The notes below the pieces were generated by a model. The model saw nothing but the letters and a program-made list of their open reading frames with translations, searched no databases and had not been told where the DNA came from. DNA of 20,242 nt from Bdellovibrionota bacterium (GTDB lineage: Bacteria; Bdellovibrionota_C; UBA2361; JBGSMV01), in NCBI GenBank assembly GCA_044356455.1, contig JBIKWF010000080.1:1-20242 (forward strand). Direction: 5' to 3'. Each line of letters starts with the position of its first letter. The first letter of the stretch is position 1. Positions 1-7,975 of the stretch are shown here, in pieces. Made by a program: the position numbers and the translations under genes.

Positions 1-235
1 TATTTCTTATAAGGGTATGGAGGTGGTTCGCCATAATGGCGTAGGCGGCGATTTCTATGCAGAAGACCTTGGAGAGACCGCTTAGTCTGTCTCGGATCCA
101 GGAGCGGCGATGCTCGAAGGAGGCGCCTGTGAGCTCGTCGTAGCCACAGAGGTAAGCCCTCCGGACGCAGCGCGAGATGCAGTGGTAGAAACCAATCTCG
201 TCTTTCTTAAAGACTTCGCTGCGTGCTCCAGTCAT
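1..235 (-). CDS. REP-associated tyrosine transposase (RAYT, Y1 HUH family), N-terminal 78 codons; runs off the window edge
   Basis: Manual translation of the minus strand from ATG 235: MTGARSEVFKKDEIGFYHCISRCVRRAYLCGYDELTGASFEHRRSWIRDRLSGLSKVFCIEIAAYAIMANHLHTLIRN. It has the YHCxSRCVRRAxLCG and AYAIMxNHxH (HUH) motifs. A GGGAG RBS lies upstream. Not in the ORF track. Confidence 0.92.
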   Translation of the reverse strand, partial: MTGARSEVFKKDEIGFYHCISRCVRRAYLCGYDELTGASFEHRRSWIRDRLSGLSKVFCIEIAAYAIMANHLHTLIRN

Positions 236-319
236 GGCCGATACTCCCAAGCAAAGCGGTCCGCTTATGTTCGGAGTTTTCGGGGGAAAGTTGCTTGGGG
301 AAGAGAAAAATTATGGGTG

Positions 320-351
320 TCCTACTTGGGATTCATCCTACTTGGGATTCA
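320..351. repeat. Perfect 16-bp tandem duplication (TCCTACTTGGGATTCA x2) overlapping the TATGGGTGTCC motif
   Basis: 320-335 is identical to 336-351. Confidence 0.95.
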
Positions 352-504
352 AGAATGACCGGAACTGCGGCGCACCTTAGCAATGACCGTACGGAATTGT
401 TTCGTATTTGCGAGTGGTTAATTCTATTGTTTCAAACCGGTTAAATTTTGAGAGGGTTTGGGAGCACAATCTCGGCGTCTGCTGCAGGAGAGGATCTGGT
501 ATGA

Positions 505-534
505 GGCTCGGGGCGTCGCTCGCCCCGAGTTTTA
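505..534. terminator. GC-rich hairpin, probable intrinsic terminator just downstream of the protease gene
   Basis: Stem CTCGGGGCG (507-515) / CGCCCCGAG (521-529). The T-run is on the + strand side, so the working direction is uncertain. Confidence 0.6.
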
Positions 535-547
535 AAATGCCTCCTTG

Positions 548-1984
548 CTATTGGGCTGGTTGGACCCTAACAGTCTTTGTCTCGGTCTTTCGCCCTCGAA
601 AAGTCACTCCGTAGAAAGTGAACTCTCCCGGGTGTTTCCTAGGCTTCTTGAACCTAAAGTACCAATTCTCCCCATCCATCGATTCAGCAACGATTATTCT
701 CGGGCGTCGATTTGCGCCTGCTCTGAGCATCTTTCCCACTACACGCTTGAATTCGGCACTAGGCTTTGAGCGAACGTGCATGACACAAGAATTTTCCTCG
801 CAGCTCGTTCCACGATAAACAGGAGCCGTCGGCTTCCCCTCTTCCTCGGATTCCCCATCTCGCGAGGTGCCACTGTCACCTGAGTCCCTTGGAATCAACG
901 ACTCTGCCGTAAATGAACCACCGCTGTTAGATGCCGTTACGGTACACAAAACTGCCTTGTCGAGGTCTTCCTCCTGAATTCGATAGGTCCGACTGTTTGC
1001 GTTCTCAATTCGCACCCGATATTCCGGCAGTTCCCCATACTCCGGGATGAAGGGAGAGACCGGTCTGCGATACCAAGCAAATTGCACCTCCCTTGCAGGA
1101 TCACCCCTCCACTCGCCGGCAATACAGGTAAGCTTCCTTCCAAGGCCAAATTCACCAGTTATTCTTACCTCTTCTCGCGGATAGGGGGTTATCTCAGGAC
1201 GCGAGGTCGCGAAGCTCCAATAGGCTGGAATCTCTGTGTACGTGCCGAACGTCTCGGAAGAAGCACAGGCTCCAAGCCCAAAGCTAGTTAGCCCAAGCAG
1301 CTTTATCCCCCCGCTACTTCCTTCAACAAAAAGCGGGCCACCGGAATCACCGTCGCAGGTGTCTGACCCTAGAGCTGATGAGCTACTCAAGATGCCCGCA
1401 CAAACCATCCCACTAGGTTCAAAATAGACCCCGTTTTGAAGGACGCAGGTAGCATCGGAATGAATGGGGATTGTTGCTTCGTGCAACTGAGCTGGATAGA
1501 CCGCGTCGTAGGGATTTGAGCGGCCCCAGCCGAGCACCTTTCCAATTAGAGTGCCGCCATCAATGTCAAATTCGTTCGGCTTCGCAACTTCGATTGGCTC
1601 AACAGGAGCAGCGGAACTGAGTTTGATAAGAGCAATGTCCGCGTGAAGTGTCCGAAAATCATAATCTGGGTGTAGGATGACCCCCGCAATCCCGCGCACA
1701 TAACCCTCAGAGGAGAATTGATTGGGCCGAGAAATTACTGCCTTAGCAAGTTCCGGCGCAAAACGGATAATTTCGGCGCAGTGAGCGGCGGTAAGTACGT
1801 AATTTGGTGCTACCAGACTCCCACCACAAAAGTGTCCGGTATCGAGCTGAAGAGAGACCATCCAGGGGTAAGGGGATGATTGTGTCGGCTTTCCCCCGAT
1901 AATGCGAGCAGTAATAGGTTGGGCATCCGCACGCGTGGAAAGAATTAACCCAAGCCCAAGAAGAATCAAAAAATACGCCCGCAT
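548..1984 (-). CDS. Secreted trypsin-like (S1A) serine protease with a C-terminal Ig-like domain
   Basis: Signal peptide, R|IIGG activation site, and triad motifs LTAAHC, DIALIKL, GDSGGP. The C-terminal LTC..G.W.G.P..F.WYR..TY..D..LCTVTASN pattern is Ig-like. Confidence 0.93.
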   Translation of the reverse strand: MRAYFLILLGLGLILSTRADAQPITARIIGGKPTQSSPYPWMVSLQLDTGHFCGGSLVAPNYVLTAAHCAEIIRFAPELAKAVISRPNQFSSEGYVRGIAGVILHPDYDFRTLHADIALIKLSSAAPVEPIEVAKPNEFDIDGGTLIGKVLGWGRSNPYDAVYPAQLHEATIPIHSDATCVLQNGVYFEPSGMVCAGILSSSSALGSDTCDGDSGGPLFVEGSSGGIKLLGLTSFGLGACASSETFGTYTEIPAYWSFATSRPEITPYPREEVRITGEFGLGRKLTCIAGEWRGDPAREVQFAWYRRPVSPFIPEYGELPEYRVRIENANSRTYRIQEEDLDKAVLCTVTASNSGGSFTAESLIPRDSGDSGTSRDGESEEEGKPTAPVYRGTSCEENSCVMHVRSKPSAEFKRVVGKMLRAGANRRPRIIVAESMDGENWYFRFKKPRKHPGEFTFYGVTFRGRKTETKTVRVQPAQ

Positions 1985-2277
1985 ATAACCCTCACGAACA
2001 ACCTACATCCTTAATACCTGCGGAGATTGCCGCACCCACTTGGAGGTATGAGAAAGTTGAGCAAAAGTTACTATATTCCCACGCGCGAGCAGAAACTCAT
2101 AACGGTTGTTACCGTGCGAAGTTGGCGAAAGGTTGCCAAAATCACACTTTGGCGAATAGGAGAATCAAACGTAACATTTTGGTATTACACTACAAACTTT
2201 CACTAAAACTCATGATGAAGCGGCGTGTGGGTACGAGCCAGTTGAAGCGCGGGGCGATTTTGGTGTGCGCGGCGAGC

Positions 2278-2309
2278 AAGTCACGATTTGGGGCACCATA
2301 TCGTGACTT
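2278..2309. repeat. Hairpin at the point where RAYT homology of the second copy ends
   Basis: Perfect 10-bp stem AAGTCACGAT (2278-2287) / ATCGTGACTT (2300-2309), plus an inner TGG/CCA pairing. Confidence 0.8.
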
Positions 2310-2311
2310 CC

Positions 2312-2437
2312 TTCTTAAAATATCGTGGCGTGCTCCTGTCATGGCCAATACTTACGATTAAGCCTTTCCGCTTACATTCGGAGTTTTCGAGAAAAGGTTG
2401 CTTAGGAAAGGAGAAATTATGGGTGTCCTACATGGGC
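2312..2437 (-). pseudogene. Truncated, diverged copy of the RAYT 5' end and its upstream leader
   Basis: Direct repeat of 204-330, roughly three-quarters identical by eye. ATG 2342 gives MTGARHDI, then a 1-bp deletion relative to copy 1 and loss of homology. Ends in AAATTATGGGTGTCCTAC(A/T)TGGG like copy 1. Confidence 0.85.
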
Positions 2438-2488
2438 TGGGGGCGGCTAGAAGGCGCGACTTCCTGGCTGAAATCGCGCCTTCATGGT

Positions 2489-3367
2489 TCAACGATACTG
2501 ACACTGAGCAAAGACACTACGAGCCAAAACGAGCGCCTCGAGCAAGGCGCGAGCCCGGCGCTGGTCCTCTTCAATCGTTGCCCCGGAAACGGACTCGTCG
2601 AGTAGAGCAAGATACCCTGGGTCTATCACACTGCGGACAAATCCACGCGAGCGCGCAGACACTCGTCCTAGCGTGCGCTCAGAGAGTAGCTCAATATCTT
2701 CAAGGAGGTATTCATACTCAAATCTTGCCAGCTGCCGGGCCGTCCCAAACACTCCCTGGTAAGCGACAGTCTCGCCTAGACTCTCAAGCGCATTCAGAAT
2801 AGAAGACAAGCGTCTTGCCGCACGCCGCACTTCATCGCGGTCCGGACGAGCGACTCCCCCACCGCAGCTCCCATCGTTAACGCTGGGATCTATCGAGATA
2901 CGGTCCCATGATCCGAAAAAACAAACTTGCATTTGAACACGCGCGTTATTGAGCGCATCAAGTGCCTCACGTGAATGCCGCTGCCCCTCTTCGATACTAC
3001 TGCCAAGAAGTGTAGCGTTCGAAATTCCGAGATATTCAGAGTCAACCACTGCTGCAAGAAATTCATTGGCGCGTGGTGAGCGCCTACGCTGCCCTCGATC
3101 TCCTGCGGCATCAAACCCGGCTCGTAACGCATCAAACTCCTCCTGGAGCTGTGCTCGCTGTTTGACACTAAATACTCCATTCGCGCCAAGTTCTGCCAGC
3201 TCTGCGAGACGAGCCAATCTTACATCGAACCGATTCGCTAAACTCATCACCTCAGCCCGCTCGTCTCGCGCATATCCACCTGCACATACCTGTGCTGATG
3301 CGGGAACTGAAATGAGGGCATCGGCGCAAAGGCCTAACATGAAACCACCAATCATCCTTAGGATCAT
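2489..3367 (-). CDS. Putative exported protein with two tandem 122-aa Cys-bracketed, flagellin D1-like repeats
   Basis: Signal-like N-terminus with ASA|Q. C28-C149 and C168-C289 align without gaps at 40/122 identities. RLAELAELGANGVFSVKQRAQLQEEFDAL resembles the flagellin N-terminal D1 motif. Confidence 0.75.
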   Translation of the reverse strand: MILRMIGGFMLGLCADALISVPASAQVCAGGYARDERAEVMSLANRFDVRLARLAELAELGANGVFSVKQRAQLQEEFDALRAGFDAAGDRGQRRRSPRANEFLAAVVDSEYLGISNATLLGSSIEEGQRHSREALDALNNARVQMQVCFFGSWDRISIDPSVNDGSCGGGVARPDRDEVRRAARRLSSILNALESLGETVAYQGVFGTARQLARFEYEYLLEDIELLSERTLGRVSARSRGFVRSVIDPGYLALLDESVSGATIEEDQRRARALLEALVLARSVFAQCQYR

Positions 3368-3498
3368 ACTCTAATCTCCAAATATTGCCCGTAAAGGACA
3401 CACCTCTCTCGGCAGTCTGGATGAGGCATGAGAACCGAAGGCCGACAAAAAAATGATCCGCGTAAAGAAATGGAGGGAACTCGCAGCGGCCGAGGAAA

Positions 3499-4632
3499 TT
3501 AGAACTTCGTTCCTGCGAAAAACTCGGTTGATTTCATTCTGCGCTCTTTTAACATGTGCCCCCCTGCAAAAGAGAGCGTGCCCGACATCCCCTTAAAGTC
3601 CTCGGTTGCGGCCAGGCAGTCTCGCGTCTTTTCAGTGGACGAGGAATTTTTAGCCAGACATGAAAGTAAAAGGGTTGCTGCGTCGTAAGCAATTGCAGCA
3701 CTCGGGGCTTGAGGAACACTGCCAAAGCGCTTTTGATAACGACGCGAAAAGTTCTCGGAATCAAATGGCTCTGTATCAGGCTCGCTATAGTATACTTTGA
3801 AGCCGAGAGCCGGCGGACGCATGCCTGCGGCATAATATAAGATGGCATCATCAGTAAAAATCACCGGCCGATCGCTACGCAGCTCCACCCAACGCTTGAA
3901 AAACTCCTCTGCCATACCCCCACCAAGGAGTAGCACAACAACGGCATCCACATTTCTTGGCACCTTGAGCGCCAAGGCTCGCATATCCGCTGCCGTAGGG
4001 CTCACACGCTCACTCGCCACGACACGAGAACCGAGCATGTTCTGAAACTCCTCGTGCACAAGTTCATAGTATGAAGTCATGGCGGATACGATGGCGACCT
4101 TAGCGTACTTTTTTTCTTGAAGCCGTGTCATATGCGCTCTTGCATACTCGCGGTTATCAAACCAAAGCGAGAATGAGTAGCGAGTCGAAGGAGCATTGAA
4201 TCCCGCATGACCAAGCGAAGGGGATAAGCACAAGATCTTTTTTCGCTCGCACAGAGGCATTACGGCATCAAAAGGCTCCCACGTTGGACCAATAACCCCC
4301 GCTACTTGCTCAATGCCTGCAAGCTTGGAAAAAGCAGAGACACTCTTTGCATTATCGTATCCGGAATTCTCAACTTTGAGTACCGCTGTTGAGTGTGGAC
4401 TGCGACCATTATAATCCTCGACCGCGAGCGTTACGCCTTCAAACTCTCCTCTGCCCCACAACCCGCCCGGCCCATTGGTAAGATCAAATATTCCCCCAAT
4501 GACAATTGGCGCATGAGAAACTTTCCCTGGTGAGGGGGCTGCGGGCCTACCTTGAGATTGAGCAGAAAGGAGAATTCCGATGAGAAGGAAAGCGAAAGGA
4601 AACACTCTTTTGAAATACCGTCGCTGCTGCAT
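3499..4632 (-). CDS. LivK-like (PBP type 1) ABC substrate-binding protein, orphan
   Basis: IVIGGIFDLT..G, G.TLAVED.N, VAGVIGP and F..RYQKRFG..P...AAIAYDA...F.G.SG.LSF motifs. Start placed at ATG 4632 (MQQRR plus hydrophobic stretch); the ORF extends to 4671. Confidence 0.88.
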   Translation of the reverse strand: MQQRRYFKRVFPFAFLLIGILLSAQSQGRPAAPSPGKVSHAPIVIGGIFDLTNGPGGLWGRGEFEGVTLAVEDYNGRSPHSTAVLKVENSGYDNAKSVSAFSKLAGIEQVAGVIGPTWEPFDAVMPLCERKKILCLSPSLGHAGFNAPSTRYSFSLWFDNREYARAHMTRLQEKKYAKVAIVSAMTSYYELVHEEFQNMLGSRVVASERVSPTAADMRALALKVPRNVDAVVVLLLGGGMAEEFFKRWVELRSDRPVIFTDDAILYYAAGMRPPALGFKVYYSEPDTEPFDSENFSRRYQKRFGSVPQAPSAAIAYDAATLLLSCLAKNSSSTEKTRDCLAATEDFKGMSGTLSFAGGHMLKERRMKSTEFFAGTKF

Positions 4633-4688
4633 ACAAGGGCATTGAGAGAATAAGATCTCGAGGGCTTCCAAAGGTCCCCTCGCAAACC

Positions 4689-5270
4689 CTATGCCGCGCT
4701 CCTAAAGACATCTGCGTGGGCACCCCGAAAAGCAGCAACGTCGCTTTCTGTCACGCGAAAGACCCCAAGCCGAGCTTGGCCCTTAGAATCCCAATCAAAA
4801 AGGTACTCCTCTGCCAGATAAACCCACAGGCGTAACTTGAAAATCTTCTCTTGAGTCGTTGGATCGTCCAAACGATCAGATGCTGTTAAATCTAGCTCGC
4901 GCAGTCGAGAGATAACTCTATCAAACAACCCAAGGTCAACTTTATGATGCTCAGCCTCTGCTCTTATATCCTCAAGAGTACAGCTGACGCGAAGTTCAGC
5001 AATCTTTTGAGCAACGTGCTCCAGATACCCTGGAAGGTGTTCGATGCGCTCCCTGGCCCGCTCGAGCAAGAGTTGCTGAAGCTCAGGCGGATTACCAGGG
5101 TCAAAAAACATCAGAAGAGCAGAAAATTGATTTCCGTAATCTTGGCTTAGTCCCCGGTGATTTAGCTGGAGGGCTTCCGCGTCTGAAGCGTTTATAACGC
5201 CCCGGCCATGGCCATGGCTCTCGCGAGAAAGCGGAAAGATAGTGTGTCCGGCACCCGTAACTATTTCCAC
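4689..5270 (-). CDS. Hypothetical protein, helical
   Basis: 193-aa ORF filling the gap between genes, co-directional with the binding protein. No motif recognised and start uncertain. Confidence 0.6.
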   Translation of the reverse strand: MEIVTGAGHTIFPLSRESHGHGRGVINASDAEALQLNHRGLSQDYGNQFSALLMFFDPGNPPELQQLLLERARERIEHLPGYLEHVAQKIAELRVSCTLEDIRAEAEHHKVDLGLFDRVISRLRELDLTASDRLDDPTTQEKIFKLRLWVYLAEEYLFDWDSKGQARLGVFRVTESDVAAFRGAHADVFRSAA

Positions 5271-5405
5271 AAAGGAAAGCTAGCATAGAGCCCCGGACCT
5301 CGCTAACCATATTCTAACAATTAGAATACTCCTTTTCCCTATTGCGTGGATTTTGCGCCTAACCGATAGGCACTGGTGAACATGAAATCTAAATAAGGTT
5401 CTCTC

Positions 5406-6995
5406 ATGTCCGAACCAAACGTGCCTCACGCAACTAGCTACGACCTAATCACCTATCAGAGCCTTCCCCGCCCGGAAAGCGATCCTCTGCACATCGCTTC
5501 AGTCGCGCGGCTCCTTGGGCTCACCCCTCCTAATCCGCAAACCGCACGTATTCTTGAGCTTGGATGCGCATCTGGCGGCAACCTCCTCCCTCTTGCAGAA
5601 ATGCTTCCACAAAGTTCTTGCTTAGGGGTTGATCTCTCTCGCCGACAAGTTGAGCTGGGACAAAAGGTTCTGACTGAATCCGGAATCACCAATGCAGAGC
5701 TACGCTTGGGTGATATTGCTGACGAAGCAACCTGGAAAGGACTCCCTCACAAAAAATATGACTATATTATCTGCCACGGAGTATTTTCCTGGGTCCCCCC
5801 CGAAGTTCAAACGAAAATACTGAAGTTAAGCAAGGAAGCGCTCTCTGAGAATGGAATACTCTATCTCTCATTCAATGTGCTTCCAGGGTGGGCGACCCGA
5901 GGAGTAGTACGAGATGCCATGCGGTTTGCCTCACGAGCGAAGTCCTCTCCTGAAGAAAAGATTGCGGCGGGCCTCTCCTTCTTGGACTCAATTCTTGAGT
6001 GTGCAGCTCCCGATGACCCTCTGCACCAACTTCTCACCAAGGCACTGCCCGAGCTCAAGAAAGCCCCCACGGATTATCTCTTTCACGAGTATTTGGAGGA
6101 ACAAAACAGCGCACTCTACTTTAGCGATTTTGTCTCACGTCTCACGCCACACGGGCTTACCTACGTGGGAGACGCTCAATTTGCCATGATGCGAACATCG
6201 GACATTTCTCATGACACGCAGCGCGAGCTTCCTGATGCAGAAAAGGATCATCTCGCTTTTGAGCAAACGTTAGATTTCCTTCGAAATCGGCGTTTTCGAG
6301 AAAGTCTACTTTGTCATGTTGGAGCCAAGCCCCTTTATGACGTAAAACCAGAGAAGATTGAGGGCATGTTTATTGCCTCGCAGCTTACAAGCGCCGAAGA
6401 GCAAAGCGATCCCACCAGCCGGCGAGAGATTTCCTTTCGAAAACCCCAAGGAGGAGAGGTCCGTGTTGCAGAACCGCTGCATAAAGCAGCTCTGAAAATT
6501 CTCGCCCAACGCTGGCCCGAGAGCCTTGAGGCATCGCTGCTCTATTATGAAGCCTCCCGGCAGGCGGTACCGGATCGTGAGCCGACCGAGAAGCGTAAAA
6601 TTGAGCTCTTTGCCTTCCTCTTGGCGTTACTTGACGCCAATCTAATAGAGGCACATGCATATGACAGCTTCTGTACCCGAACAATCCCCCCTTCTCCAAA
6701 GGTTTCACGCCTTGCACGTATTCAGGCCCGTCTTGGCGAGCATGTCACGTCCCTTCGCCATCAAGATGTCCGGTGTGAGCCAATTGTGCGTCAAGTCATG
6801 CTGCGCCTTGATGGGACGCGCGGGAAAGTCGAACTCTGCTCAGAATTTGCTGACATGGTGGTTCGGGGTGAAATGGTAATTGAACAAGACGGTAAGCGTG
6901 TGAGCGATAGAAACCAGGCTCGCACGCTCATGGCAGATGTGCTTGAACGTGTGATGACACGCCTTGTCAGCCAAGGGTTTATTCTACGAGATTGA
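5406..6995 (+). CDS. Class I SAM-dependent methyltransferase with regulatory domain (rickettsial PKMT-like architecture)
   Basis: ILELGCASGGNL SAM motif, GVDLS, YDYIICHGVFSWVP, YLSFNVLPGW, YLFHEYLEE, and EQTLDFLRNRRFRESLLCH. Confidence 0.9.
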   Translation: MSEPNVPHATSYDLITYQSLPRPESDPLHIASVARLLGLTPPNPQTARILELGCASGGNLLPLAEMLPQSSCLGVDLSRRQVELGQKVLTESGITNAELRLGDIADEATWKGLPHKKYDYIICHGVFSWVPPEVQTKILKLSKEALSENGILYLSFNVLPGWATRGVVRDAMRFASRAKSSPEEKIAAGLSFLDSILECAAPDDPLHQLLTKALPELKKAPTDYLFHEYLEEQNSALYFSDFVSRLTPHGLTYVGDAQFAMMRTSDISHDTQRELPDAEKDHLAFEQTLDFLRNRRFRESLLCHVGAKPLYDVKPEKIEGMFIASQLTSAEEQSDPTSRREISFRKPQGGEVRVAEPLHKAALKILAQRWPESLEASLLYYEASRQAVPDREPTEKRKIELFAFLLALLDANLIEAHAYDSFCTRTIPPSPKVSRLARIQARLGEHVTSLRHQDVRCEPIVRQVMLRLDGTRGKVELCSEFADMVVRGEMVIEQDGKRVSDRNQARTLMADVLERVMTRLVSQGFILRD

Positions 6996-7008
6996 AACGA
7001 ATTGCTAT

Positions 7009-7854
7009 ATGCGCATACCTCGGTATTGGGCCAAAGCGTCACATCAAACGAAGGACAACGAGGGCGCTCCTCTAAAAATCTCCTGTAATTGGTGGTCGGA
7101 CAGGAGCCTCGAGGAGGCCCGAAGCTTCGCCTCTCGACACGCTCTAGAGGTTGCAAAGAGGGTCAGCTCAGGAGTCGCTCTCAACCAATACTCCTATGGC
7201 GACCGACCTCTTCGAGAGGAGCGCATCAGAGAAGTCCTCGGCGAAAATGGAGAGCCCGCTGCCGTCATCACCAGGAACTCTTACGGCTCACTAATACTTA
7301 ATACTGCGAGAGTAATGTTCCTTGATTTTGATGCGCCAGAAACGAGCGGACTTTCAAAATCCATCAAAAGGCTCTTTGGCTTTGGAAGTAGCTTTGAAGA
7401 AGAAGTACTCTCTCGAATCACTTCTTGGGTAAAATCGAACCCGAACTTTGGGCTTCGCCTTTACCAAACGGCTAAGGGATATCGGGGTCTCGTGAGTCAC
7501 GCCTATTTCGACCCCAAAGCTCAAGCAACGGAAGATGTCCTCGCAGCCCTAGGATGCGATCCGCTTTACGTCAAGCTTTGCAAGACGCAAGAATGTTTTC
7601 GAGCAAGGCTTACTCCGAAATATTGGCGCTGCACAGATATTCCTGCCCCACCTAACCGCTTCCCCCGGGAATCCTCGGTGGACGAGCGGAAGTATCGGGA
7701 TTGGGAAAAGACTTACGAAGAACGCAGAGTGCGGTATGCAACTTGCAAGTTCGTTTCAAGCTTTGGCGCGACAAATCAAACCCCAGAGGCGCGTCTAGTA
7801 ATTCAAGAACATGATAGGATTGCGTGCACTAATAGCTCCTCTCCCCTTGCTTAG
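7009..7854 (+). CDS. Conserved hypothetical protein, probably co-transcribed with the methyltransferase
   Basis: ATG 7009 (MRIPRYWAKA) is 13 bp after the methyltransferase stop. Motif-like blocks ITRNSYGSLILNT..VMFLDFD, RLYQTAKGYR, DPLY.KLC..QECFRARLTPK. Confidence 0.85.
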   Translation: MRIPRYWAKASHQTKDNEGAPLKISCNWWSDRSLEEARSFASRHALEVAKRVSSGVALNQYSYGDRPLREERIREVLGENGEPAAVITRNSYGSLILNTARVMFLDFDAPETSGLSKSIKRLFGFGSSFEEEVLSRITSWVKSNPNFGLRLYQTAKGYRGLVSHAYFDPKAQATEDVLAALGCDPLYVKLCKTQECFRARLTPKYWRCTDIPAPPNRFPRESSVDERKYRDWEKTYEERRVRYATCKFVSSFGATNQTPEARLVIQEHDRIACTNSSSPLA

Positions 7855-7975
7855 GAGTCTGTCCCTCCGAAAACTCTCACCACTACATGTTGCGGTGGCA
7901 ACGGGACACACTCCTAGCCTGGATTGGGGAATACCAGTCCGGACACGGACTGAGAGATTCAAGAATCAAGATTTT

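Noticed and set aside
110..358. 82-aa + strand ORF (and 223-444)
   Set aside because: Antisense shadow of the RAYT gene and its leader.
2095..2200. CATAACGGTTG resembling the attC R' end, which would make the protease a cassette
   Set aside because: No matching R''/L boxes or extended palindrome.
2122..2802. + strand ORFs 2122-2361, 2288-2605 and 2398-2802
   Set aside because: They overlap the RAYT remnant or are antisense to the repeat protein, with no recognisable motifs.
3396..3404. GGACACACC as another element terminus flanking the flagellin-like gene
   Set aside because: Only a partial match to GGACACCCA; could be chance.
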